A DNA stretch of 64,000 nucleotides from Marsupella aquatica (lineage: Eukaryota > Plantae > Marchantiophyta). Where the stretch lies: positions 3,907,141 through 3,971,140 of the forward strand of contig OZ316899.1 of NCBI GenBank assembly GCA_973895155.1, written 5' to 3'. A program made the position numbers and the translations under genes. This document shows, one piece after another, positions 35,886-46,928 of the stretch (position 1 is the first letter of the stretch; each line of letters opens with the position of its first letter). The notes under the pieces were generated by a model that saw only the letters and a program-made list of their open reading frames with translations, ran no database searches and was not told the origin of the DNA.

Positions 35886-36784
35886 CGGCGGAGTAGGAAT
35901 AGAATAGGGTTAGGAGTAGCTAAGTCAGGCTATTGGGACAGGCACCTGCCTTAGTTACAGCAGCACTGCCATGCTGTCCAGCCTATGTAGATTAGGATCT
36001 TCTAATAAGACACAGCCATTTTTCGGCCTGACAGTCAGATTAGTTAGGACCTAAGTCAGCGAATCTTCGGGCGGGAGGACACTCCGTTCCCCGGCCCTTA
36101 GTATTTAGTGCACCCCTCAGTAGAGGCAAGGGGGGGTTTTTAGTCTCAGAGTTGGACATCCGTGGTATGCGCGGGGAGTCCTGACCTCTGGGAGTGAAAG
36201 AGTACCAAGGGGAGGGGGTAGGACTAAGCTCGTCGGGCGAGTGCGGAGCCGGGCTCCGTTGTAGTATACTCTCTCGGCCTTGAACCTGTTCATTTCGGAG
36301 CTGTCAGGTCAACCAAGTGTATGCACATGTCCCCTATGTAGTAAAATCCTTTCCCATTATTTCCTTCGTGTAAATCGAGATTGTATGCTTGTACGCGTGT
36401 ATGTGTGTGTGAATCTCGTGTATAGGTGGCAACGCCGGGCCGAACGCACTACCGGAGTCGTGCACGGGGTGCAGCTTGCGGGTATGTGGTTGCAAGCACG
36501 GGTTGAGGACCTGTATCATTGAATCCGGATTGAAGGCGGACAACACGAAGGCTTAGAAGTCGTTAAGCCAGGGTCGATCCTGTTATCGACTAAGGTACGT
36601 TTCGGCGGCGGAACATAAACCATACCTAGGAGATGTCCGTATCTAACAGTAGGCGCACTTAGTGCTAGTTTACGTGGATTAGGTGCATTACGCGCTTCCC
36701 TCCCTGCCCGAACCCTCATATTTACGAAGGAGGTGCCCGTTTAAAGCTGAAGCCCGAGTTAAGGCCAAGGCTGATGACGTGACA
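35130..36784 (+). mobile_element. Family-B LTR-end region (3' or solo LTR), ending CGTGACA
   Basis: Homologous to 12720-14360; followed by non-PBS flank GTTCA. The 5' boundary was not found. Confidence 0.7.
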
Positions 36785-37817
36785 GTTCATGGCAGCCTCC
36801 GGCAGATTTCATTCCACAGTAGTGTATAGCTTCTTCTCCCATCCCCCTTTCGATCGAAGAGCAATGTCTTTAAGAATCCTAATGCATTCCTCCGATTCCA
36901 CCTCTTCATTATCAGTCTTCCTAGGATCAGTGAGGTGCTCTTCTTCGTGAAAAGCCTTAGCTTCCATTGCACATGCGTCCCCCAGTTCTCTTGAGGGCTC
37001 CGCACCCCAGTTAGAATGTCCAACAACAATTCCCCCTTGCAAGGCGCCCCTTCCCGAGCAAGCATCCTGGGCCGAATAGATCTCTGGTGGCCTTGCTCCA
37101 CCACCACAGCCCCGGCCAGCGCTCCCCGCAGCCCCAGCAGAGCCCTCTCCCAGCTGCACCACAGCCGCCTGAGGCGGATGACCCGAAGTAGGAAGGGAGC
37201 CCCTGTATCCTGCAAGTCTAGCTCCGCGCTCCCCAATTCGTGGACCAGGGATCCCCGATGAGCCATAGTAGTCAACCTGAGAATCTCCTATGCTCTAATC
37301 GTCACAATTTTCTAATGCAATTCCAATGAGGGGAAGAGAGGCCAAGGATAACCGAGTTTACCTTACTCTTCAATCTCACGGTGACAGTCCGGGGTTGCAA
37401 TCCACGTCCCGTTCCCTCAATCCCCTCCGCTTCCCCTTACATTCAAAGGGGTTTAGTGACCTCAACTGCAACCTGCACGTAGCGCCCTGATTCAGTCACG
37501 CACTGTAGCTAATCCCCGACCAAAGTTCACTCCCAAGCAGTTGTCATGTCCTTATCAACCGTGCACTGTAGCCTCTCCGCCCAGCTCCAAATGTCTGCAA
37601 TTTGTTCCACTTTATCAATCCTCAGCTCATTATCGTAACTCCTCCCGCAGGCCTCAGATCCCTATTCCTGTCGCCCATTCCCGCCGAGTGAAAACTGTCA
37701 CCCGCAAGCATCGCACAAGCCACCCTAAACCTAGAAGAGCTCAATGGAGGGTTCTAATCATGGCAAGGTCGAGAATGATTGAGCTGAGATTCATTCAAAG
37801 GCGGAGTCTCTCTTGCT

Positions 37818-39104
37818 TTGATTCCAACCCTCTTGGGTCTCAATGCACAAGCCCGATCCAAGCAAGGACGGGACCAAACGCTCAACGATGAGCACAAGTC
37901 AGCTCCGCATGTGCGCCTTCCAAGTTCCACCTCCAAGTCCACAACACTCCAGCAGAAAAATTGGTCATCATTCTTTCATGAAGGTTTTCATTCAACACTT
38001 AAGCGGGCAAAGAAACTCATCACAACCGGAAGCCATCTACCAGTCAAAATCGAGACGCATTTTCAGATTCTGATCGGAGAACAGTTGAAGGGGACGTCCA
38101 CTAGAGTACAAGGGGACAAACTTCAGCTAACAATGGGGAAAATACACACGGCTGACGACCGGAAGCGCAAGAGCGCAGCTACGGAAGAGGAACCGGCAGA
38201 GGGAGAAGAAGAACCGCAAATAAGGCAGCGGGGAAATGGAAAGAAACAAATCACAGAAGCGGCAAAGCGAAAAACAACGGAGAACAATCAAAGGAAGAAG
38301 GAAGAATAGATTGACAAATCCCTCAACAATGAAGACCGGAGTGTAAGAGGTGCAAACATGGGCAAAAGCAGTATCGAGGCTATAGAAGAAACAGACATCA
38401 GATACGCAATAGAAACTTGCTCTACCCTTGAAGTGCAGACCGTGCAAAGTGTAATTGGAATCAAGAAGCTTCGGGAGGAAATCAAAAACGTTAGAAGGAG
38501 TAGCATCTTCACCACCATGGCGGGACAAATCATCAACCAAGTAGCAATCTACCAGGGGATGAGCAATGCACTCGACCAGCATTTCTGGAGCAGTAGAGAA
38601 CAAGAATTCATCGCAGCAAATGCAAAGGCAGAAGAGCTAGAGAAGAAAACATCAGAGAATCAGCAAATTATGGAGAAGCTGTCAATAGAAGTAGGGAGAC
38701 TACAAAAGAAAGAGGACAGTGTTGCAACTATTGAACAAGGATGGAGACACAAAGAAACTGCCATGGAATCATTGGCAGAGTTTTTAGGCATGGGGACATT
38801 GTGGTGCGTTTCCCAACCCTCTAACCCCAAGAACTATCTACAACCGGCCATGAACGCCTACTTATGGTCGGCTTATGGTGGTTTGGCTGTCATTCGGCTT
38901 GGATACACGGTCTACTCTCGATCCACACTATGCTGGACCGATTCTTTCACTGGGCTTGCAAATTGTGTAATGCTGAGACGCCTAATTATTTCTCAATTGA
39001 CTTCATCGGGTATGTTTGTATTCCGCCCCCAGAATGTACCTCTACGGCTTAATCTCTTAAGCCGGCTGAAGGTTTTTCTCAGACCGACTCAACCCACACT
39101 TTAA
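37818..39104 (+). CDS. Two uncharacterised ORFs (163 aa basic/acidic; 248 aa coiled coil) in a TE accessory block
   Basis: Open ORFs 37818-38309 and 38358-39104; no recognisable domain. Confidence 0.35.
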
Positions 39105-39690
39105 CCAACAAAACACTCTCAATCCTCACTTTTCTCTCAGAGTTTGATTTGGCAGTCTCCAATCAAGACAATGCAATCGTATAGCTTCGCAGTCGCTCTA
39201 TTTGACTCAAATCGATCAAGCGACAAGTATCACAACACACAATGCCATGACTGCAAGAGTCTGCAAACTAGGCAACAAGGCCAACTCAATTCAAACAATT
39301 GCACAGAAATGGAAATTGTGGTTTACTGATAATCCGCGGTCTAGATTTTAGCCGAGAGGTTATGCTAGTAATACAGACTTTACACTAGAGTCTTGACTAA
39401 GAAAAAGCCCCCCGAGCCACGCTGCCCAGGTTTTTATCCTTGCAGCGCGTCCAGGGGAATTGGCAGAAATCCGCACCACAAATCACGGCCTTCCACCGCA
39501 AAATCCAGCTAATTAACTAACACCTAACATATTTTGACTTAACCCGGAACCTTGCGGGAACTGAGCATCTAATACAACCTAAGCCGACAGGGCGCTACTT
39601 GCCCTGTCCCATCCTACAACGGCCGCGCCCTTCTGGCCCAAGCCCTTCTCCTACCGCCACATCCTCCTTCCAACCGATGACTGGCCCTCC

Positions 39691-42600
39691 TTAATTGTCA
39701 GATGACCGGCGGTAGGCCTGAATCTTCCGACTCTGCACCTTCTCTTGCCATTGGCTCCGGCTTGATCCCTTCGGCTTCCTTGACCTCGGGTTCTGATTTA
39801 TCGGCCCCGGCATCGGCAGCGGCATCTTCCTGGGAAATGCTTGGATAGCGTTGGCCTTTACTTCCTCAATCCAAGCATGCTCTCCAATCCGTTCGGTATC
39901 GATCTTCCATGGCTTTACATTCTGGTAGTCCATGGTGGCTGTACCGGTGTCTGAACTTGTTACCGCAGCTCCAAGTTCATCGGCATTACTTATCTCTACC
40001 ACGGTTGCCTTTGTAGCAACAATCCCACAAATGTGAGCGGCCATACTCTCAACCTCCTCTAGAGTGGCCTTGAGAGGTACCCCAGCAGTACCTGCTGGCC
40101 CCATGAACATTTTGGCCAGATTTGCTACCAACTGCATTGCCTTACCCCCCGTTACTCTTGACAATATAGATGTCAGCTTCGGCACTTCAGTATTTCTGGT
40201 TACCATGCCAGTAGCGGGAGACCGTCTAGTTGGTGATCCGTGCCTGGTTTCGGCATACTTCCGCAACTTCTTTGTTTGATTATCTGCACGCCTCTGCAAG
40301 CCGATCATCTTGTCTTTGGCCTCCTCCAGCTCTTGGGATAAATCCTCAACTTCCTCATTGAGCCGATGCGCCTCCTCTTTGGCCGTCTTGAGCTCCTCGT
40401 TTAAGATCTGCACGATCTCAAACTCCTGCTTATCCAAAGCGGCTCTCTGGGAATTGTTGATGCTTTCCAGCTTTGTGACCTCATCCGTCCATGCCTGCTT
40501 TGTCCGGGTTATCTCCTCCTACAGCTCCTTGCATATCTGTTGAACTCGGCTCAGGTGATCATTGGCCGTAGTGCACGTGGCGTCCTCATACTTCTCTCGC
40601 ATGGCCTCCAACCGGTCGAGTAACTTGTCGTACTTCCTTTGGGCTTCTGCCAAGGCTTTCTTGCTCTGGGTGGCCTGGTCCTTTGCCATCTTTTTGAGCC
40701 TCTCAACTTGCGGATTTAGACCCTGTACCTCCGCTTTTGAATCGGCTAACTCCAGCTCTACTTTCATCAATTTTTCTTTGATCTGCTAGTTATCCAATTG
40801 GTTGTTCGCCATCTCCAATTCCTTCTGCTTAGCCAAGAGATCTTGCTGAGCTTGTTGATCAAACTTTGTCTTAGCAACTTTGGCTTCCATGGAGCGAAGC
40901 CGAGCGATTCCCTCCTCCTTCTTTAGTCGCTCCAACATCATTGCCTCCTCCAACCTTGTCTGGTCAGCCATTTCCTTTCTAAGAAATGGTCCGGATTCTA
41001 ACTCATTGCCAAAGATTTCTAAGGCTAGCAGTCCACACATGTCTCCATACTCCCTAGCCCGATCCATCGCATATTTTGACTTACCAGGTGATACTGGCAT
41101 TTGCCAACAAGGCTATTTCTCCCAAGCTTCTGCCCGTAATTGATCAAAGTCAATGAGAGGCGCGGCCTGCTTCTCACTAAGCCATTTTATTTCCTCCGGC
41201 CAATCACCACCTGGTAGCTGTCGTTCCTGTATGTCATTTTGGGCCCTCCACTTGTCGAGTTTCTCCTTGAAACCTGCCTCGGCTTCCTTCATTTGGTCAA
41301 ATTCCAATGGTGTCACGTCCGGTGGCGGAGACTCCGGGTTTTTTTGATCCTCCGGCTTGCCATAAAAGACTGAGGGAAGTCTTCTACAAAACCTTCCCAA
41401 TGTTCTCACTCCTGGCACCGGTCTATCCCCATGATTGACATAATCATCGTTGTAGTCATCCACATTAACCTGACTACCAAGCATGCCGGCCTCTTCTGCA
41501 AAGCCCCCAATCTCCTCCACTGAGTATTGTTAGGCTGCCACTGGTTGATTTACCTCCACCGGTTCCTCCACTCGGGCCCGACTAGAAGCTCTAAGGACTG
41601 GCCTCTCCTAACTACGGCCTCGGCTTCCATCTTCTGACTCTGAATCCATTTGCTCATCTTGTTTCTTTCTTTCTTCGACAGTAATTTTCCTCTCTACTAG
41701 TTGAATACCTGCATATGGGTTACTACGAGTAGGCTGTCGCAATGGATTTCTCACCACATCATATGTTACCACCTTTGGTTCCTTGAGAGGGGAATTCTCC
41801 CGTCCCTGGACTGCCTATGTTGCCGGCCTATTCTCCCGTCCCTGGACTGCCTGTATTGCCGGCCTCTTCTCTTGTCGTCGCTTGTTCAGGGGCAGCTCAT
41901 CCTCCTCCTCCACTCGTGCTATGATCGGCATCCTCTCCTGTAGTGGTAACACAGGTGCAAAAAACTGGCTTCTTGCATATCGGCAAAGTAATTGCAGATG
42001 GTACCCTAGTCTAGATACCGCTCCTTCCCCAATACTCTGCTTCTCTTCATTCAATGCCTTCTTTAACTGCATTAAAAGATAGCCATTGTAGTCTCGGCTT
42101 GAATCGATATTCTCCACCAAAAATACCTAGGCTTTGCCGATCTCTGCTCTTGGCAATGTACAGTGTAGCGTGACTCGTAACAAATCAATCAACTGCCCCA
42201 CATGTGGATTAGTGCATTGATTTCTAAAGAACCCATTCTTAGTAGAGGGCCCTGGAAATGATTGGAATTGATTATCCGACAATGTCTTTCACTGCTCCAC
42301 CTTAGTTTTATTCCCTTGTGGAAGAGCAAAGATAACTTCAATTAGTGCTGGCGTTAATTCCACCACCTTCCCATACATTAGTGTCGTGTTAGAAGAAGCC
42401 TCCCAGCATCCTACAAAGTCTAATAGATCTTCGTCTGGTATGTCAATTAACCGCCATGGTAACCGAATGAATCCCTCTAAGCTGGTGTCGTTCATGTATC
42501 CAGAATACTTGTTATCCTGGATAGCACAGAAGACCTCATCTTCTTCTCATGCAAACTGTAGTTGTAAGTCGACAGGTAGCTTATCCGCCCAACCCGTCAT

Positions 42601-43170
42601 AAACTTATCCTCCATTGCCCTATCACAAACTGGCATGGCTTCAGCCTTGGCCTACCTCTCCGATCAATTCCGCTTAGCTGGTGTTGCAGACGCCAAACTA
42701 CCTTTACGCTTCATCTCTTCAGTTCCTGAGAACTCTCCAAGAATGGCTTCCTTGGACCAAGCCAAAGTGTGACCCTTCAACTCCCACACCGGCTGTCCAG
42801 CGTTCTTAATCGCCTCCCAAATTCCAATGACTCGATTCTCTCTGATCAGCAACTCGTCAAGCTTGGCGCTGGTGGGAATCCATACAAATTTCTCAAGTAC
42901 CTCCTCCGTTCCCACAAACGCTGTCTTATGAATTCCCCATAACCAAGCAAGCTCTGCCCGTTCCCTTGCTGCTTGTTCCAGCTCGACATCTTTGTAAGTT
43001 GGTATGAGCTGTCGTGCTTCTTCAAGCAAACAGCCCCAGAACTTGGCCGCCTGATTCACCATGGTCATTCCACCAACAGAAAGGAGCTTGAACAATTCCC
43101 TAACCACCTCCCTCGATCGATCGGCAGTTGCTTCCGCGGTCCTAGGTTGATCGAACAAGCAAATGAGCAA
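39691..43170 (-). pseudogene. Long fragmented gypsy accessory ORF (TR28/PMD-like N-terminal part, long SMC-like coiled coil)
   Basis: Chain of minus-strand ORFs 43170-42664, 42495-42289, 42120-41815, 41520-41113, 41100-40786, 40770-40519 and 40437-39691, separated by stops and shifts; similar to 29810-30772 and 34036-35355. Confidence 0.7.
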
Positions 43171-43520
43171 GTGTATAGAATGTCGGTCCCCTCCTTGTGA
43201 AGCCGCCTCCTGATGGCTTGCGTGATCAAGCCCGGATTAGGTCATAACCCTAATCCCACTCAATCGCGACCGTTGGATCTTACCTTATCGCAATCCTCCT
43301 TATAACACATTGCAATCGGCTTTGGTCTTTATTCCTACCTTATACTATTTAGCTATTATCTTTATTTAGCCATTATTTTAGGCTTAACTAAGTACTTTGT
43401 GATCCTGGCAAGGCATCACAGACATTCCAAACTGGAGGCTTGACGGTAAATTACAAAGGTGTGACCACAGCAATTAGGGCAGCGATTGAAGCAGAGAAGA
43501 TGGAGAACCGCAAGGCATAG

Positions 43521-44018
43521 TTGCAATCCAAAGCGAATGCGGATTCCTTGAAAGAAGTTAAGAGATTACAGATGCAACTCAAGGATACAGTGGGTAAACA
43601 TCGAAAAGAAGCCAGCAAGTGGGAAAAAGAGCAAAAGGAGGTTAAGGAGATAAAGTTGAAATGGGAAGAATTAGATTCCCAACTACGTCAAAACATGGAT
43701 ACAACTCTACCAGGAGATAGAATGCTAGGGGGACACAAGGAAGCGCTCAACACCGAAATTAACCAATTGAGTAAACAGTTGCACACGGCGAACGAGCGAA
43801 TTGCAGAATTAGAAGCACAACTAGTGCAAGCAAAGGCTCAGCGACCAGACAACAAAGGGAGAATGGAGGAAGTAGAACAACTCAGGAATGAGAATGATCA
43901 GATTTCCCAGGAATTAGAGGATAAGGAACAATGCATTTTAGACATGAAATCAGAGATCTGGAAGTTGAAGACACACAACCGTGCAGCAGTAACTCCAAGC
44001 AAGAAAACGGGCAAATAG
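43521..44018 (+). CDS. Coiled-coil ORF of unknown function
   Basis: 165-aa E/K/Q-rich heptad-like ORF. Confidence 0.35.
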   Translation: MQSKANADSLKEVKRLQMQLKDTVGKHRKEASKWEKEQKEVKEIKLKWEELDSQLRQNMDTTLPGDRMLGGHKEALNTEINQLSKQLHTANERIAELEAQLVQAKAQRPDNKGRMEEVEQLRNENDQISQELEDKEQCILDMKSEIWKLKTHNRAAVTPSKKTGK

Positions 44019-44169
44019 TTGAGAATCAGACGGGCAACGAGACACTATAGACGAACAACGAACAAGAAGCGATGGTTAATGGAGCAGCAAACGGATATTG
44101 AGGACAAATCCGTAAGTAAGTAAAGGAGAATGTAAACAAAGGAAATAATTAAATAGAATTAGTAGAGAA

Positions 44170-44835
44170 ATGTCAAGTAGAAGACAATTGAGCAAGTATT
44201 TAAAGGGATCAGTAGTAGGTAGTAATGACTTTAGTAAGATGGTTGGGGGATTAAGAGTAGAAAACGCTATGATTTTGGCCATATGGAGTAATACTGGATT
44301 AGGGTTTTGCTACGAAGGATGCGACACCAAGTTAAGTGATGGTAGAGATTGTGTTTTGGGCGTAAAAGCGAGGCAACAAAGGCGAATGGGAGAAGGACGA
44401 TTGAATGCTTTCAGTAGAGATTGACTTACTCATTTGTGCAAACCTGTAGGAGAAGGGAAACCCATGTGTAGGTTTATGATCCGCATTAAGGAAGGAGATT
44501 GCCATGTCTTGAACGAAGCGGGGCAGCAGCTATTTGGCATGGATGGTGAATCTTTCCAACAACAGTTGACAAACCAGGAAGCTGTTGAAGAATTTTGCAG
44601 AGGAATCATGTCATCGAAATGGAACCTGATGTTGGGACGAGAACTCGATCAACGACAACATAACTGTTGGAGGCTAATCGCCGTTGAACGAGTAATCGTC
44701 TTCCGGAACCTTGCAAAACTAGAAGATACTTCAAATGTCTCTGACTTGACCTTGGTTTTGAGTGACTTAACCATTAGCAGTTCAAAAACCACAATTCTGA
44801 GCACAAATCGCTTACAGAGATGTTCAGTGCAGTAA
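44170..44835 (+). pseudogene. RPA70 C-terminal OB-fold/zinc-ribbon-like protein
   Basis: AMILAIW...FCYEGCDTKL..GRD(C)..HLC..MCRFMIRI..CHVLNEAGQQLFGMDG..WNLML..WRLIAVERV follows the Rep_fac-A_C pattern. It carries a 72-bp insertion and a TGA at 44422. Confidence 0.6.
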
Positions 44836-46928
44836 TTCCGGTTTATCGGGGATAAAGATCAGGAATAACGGATAGCGGTTTAGTAACCGCAAACAGTAGT
44901 TTAATAACCGTTATGCGGTTATGTTTGATCAGTGAGTTAGATAACCATTTTTGATAGAGTAGTCGGACAGTTGGGAACCGATAGACCTTGCTGGAAGACA
45001 GTATTTAAAGTTGGCAATGGCGTGAAGCAAGGTGTCACTTTTGCAATAGGTAATCTGATTGAAAGGCAAAGCCAAACTTTCCTTAAGATGATCAGCAGAT
45101 TTGTTTAAGTGTTCCCTACTCAGATGTGAGTGGAATTTGATGTTGAGAAGTAAAGAAATTATTATGGCACAACCTGGAGATTTGTTCTTGAATGAGCACA
45201 TTGTTGAGGAAGTTTACAGGAAGAGATGGTGATTGAATGCGAGAGTAAGAACTGAGAGTGAATGGATTCAGAGACTGAGGAGAGGGAAAATTAAAGAGAA
45301 GATTGAGTGAGACAGTTTGATAAATTCTGAATTATAAAGAAAGTTAAGCTTGTTGAAGTTATAACCAGAGAATTAGATAGAAGTATGTTAAGACGGTCAT
45401 ATTCCGATCGCAGGAATGAATGAGGATTAATTCACTCAGAGTGAACACGTTAAGGAGTAACACCTTACAGAATCAAACCAATAGACAACTCATAAGCAAT
45501 GGAGTCTGGCTGAAGTGTGTGTGTTTTGAGAATGACAATCTAATTGTCATACACCTGCAGCATAACAGAGTAATCGTTGAATTGACATTCTACTTATGAA
45601 TAGCCTTTCTTGATCTACTTCATCGCATAAGTAATTGATCAAACTCCTGGTGGGAGCATCAATGAGATGATTGGATCTAATCAGATCACAATCACTGGAA
45701 GCATGAACACTAACAACGGGGATAGGAAGAATTCCTCACTAATTAGGCTCAGGCCAATTGAATTGTGGATCTGTTTGATTGGTTCGCACCTAATTACTCG
45801 TCAGCTAAGGGAAGAGAGTATTCCAATTTGTATTTTCACTTACCGTGAGTGGTGTGGATTTATAGAAATTGTATACAGGGAAGGATTAGTGTTAATTGAG
45901 TCAATCGTACCCAAGAAGTGGAAAGAAGAAGTAGACATTGAAGAACATTCAGAGGAAATTATAGGTTTAGAGTATGAAAACGATTTACTAGATTACCTTG
46001 TTGTTGGACGATTAATCGGTTAATGCAAAAGCAAACGGATAGAGAGGGTTATGTTGCGTTAATCGTAGGGAAGAATTCGTGTTTAACAGATTTCTTTACT
46101 GGTTCTTCTCTCAGAATCCTAAAATGATTCTTCCATGAACTCCTTAATCAACAAATTCATAAGGTCTTACTTCTTATCAATAGGTAATTGGATTTTCATG
46201 TATCCTGGACTTCCATATACTCAAAAGAGATTGGCTTTACATGCAATGACTTACTACAATTCTCTTTTCCCTAGGTATCAAAGTTTCACTCTTACAAATC
46301 CATGAGTTTGAGACAAGTTTGATGTTTTCAATGCACAATGTGGTATATTTTCTTTTGATTTAATCTTCCCTCCTAAGCCCAAGATTGGCATGAGAGAAAG
46401 ACCAAAAATGGTCAAAGATTAAGTTTGCAAGGAAAAGACAATGAATCATGGTCTTGGGAGTCCACTTGTAAGGCTTCCTCAAAAGGTTAAGATGCCAAAA
46501 GGTTTAAAAACCTACAAACCTTTTCTCATCTAAACTTAAGGTCCTAAAAGGTAAGGTAAGACTAAGACTCTATAAATCTAATTCCTGAAGGTACACTAAA
46601 CTATGTCCCTCTATATCCTACTCTATCTAACTCATGGAAAGGCTCAAGAGGTGAGAAAGAGATGCAAAACAGTTTAAGCATCACATTCCAAGATATCTCG
46701 GAGAATCGGTTTAGGATATTTTGAAGTTGTTGCTTTTCATGATTTAAGAAATTCTTCATGTAGCCCTTGCAAAAATCTTTCCAACAAGACCAAAAGTTCC
46801 TCCAACCGACGTGGGGCTGATCCAAAATCATCCGGCAAAGTTGGTGCAGAATCCTCAAACCGAAATCCCACTAAAAGCGATTTTCTCCGGATTAAGCTAA
46901 AAGTGTCGCAAACCATATACTCCAACAA

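Noticed and set aside
37470-37500. PBS-like GGGCGCTACGTGCAGG after GCGTGACT on the minus strand
   Set aside because: It lacks the TGG start, I could not match it to a tRNA, and the downstream ORFs are not recognisably gag.
38780-39100. F-box-like IPDEVN.EIIRRL on the minus strand
   Set aside because: Short, embedded in a stop-riddled frame and overlapping a longer plus-strand ORF; could be chance.
44870-44922. Two hairpins (GCGGTT-TAGT-AACCGC; ATAACCG-TTATG-CGGTTAT) as a Helitron 3' end
   Set aside because: No CTRR terminus follows at the expected distance.
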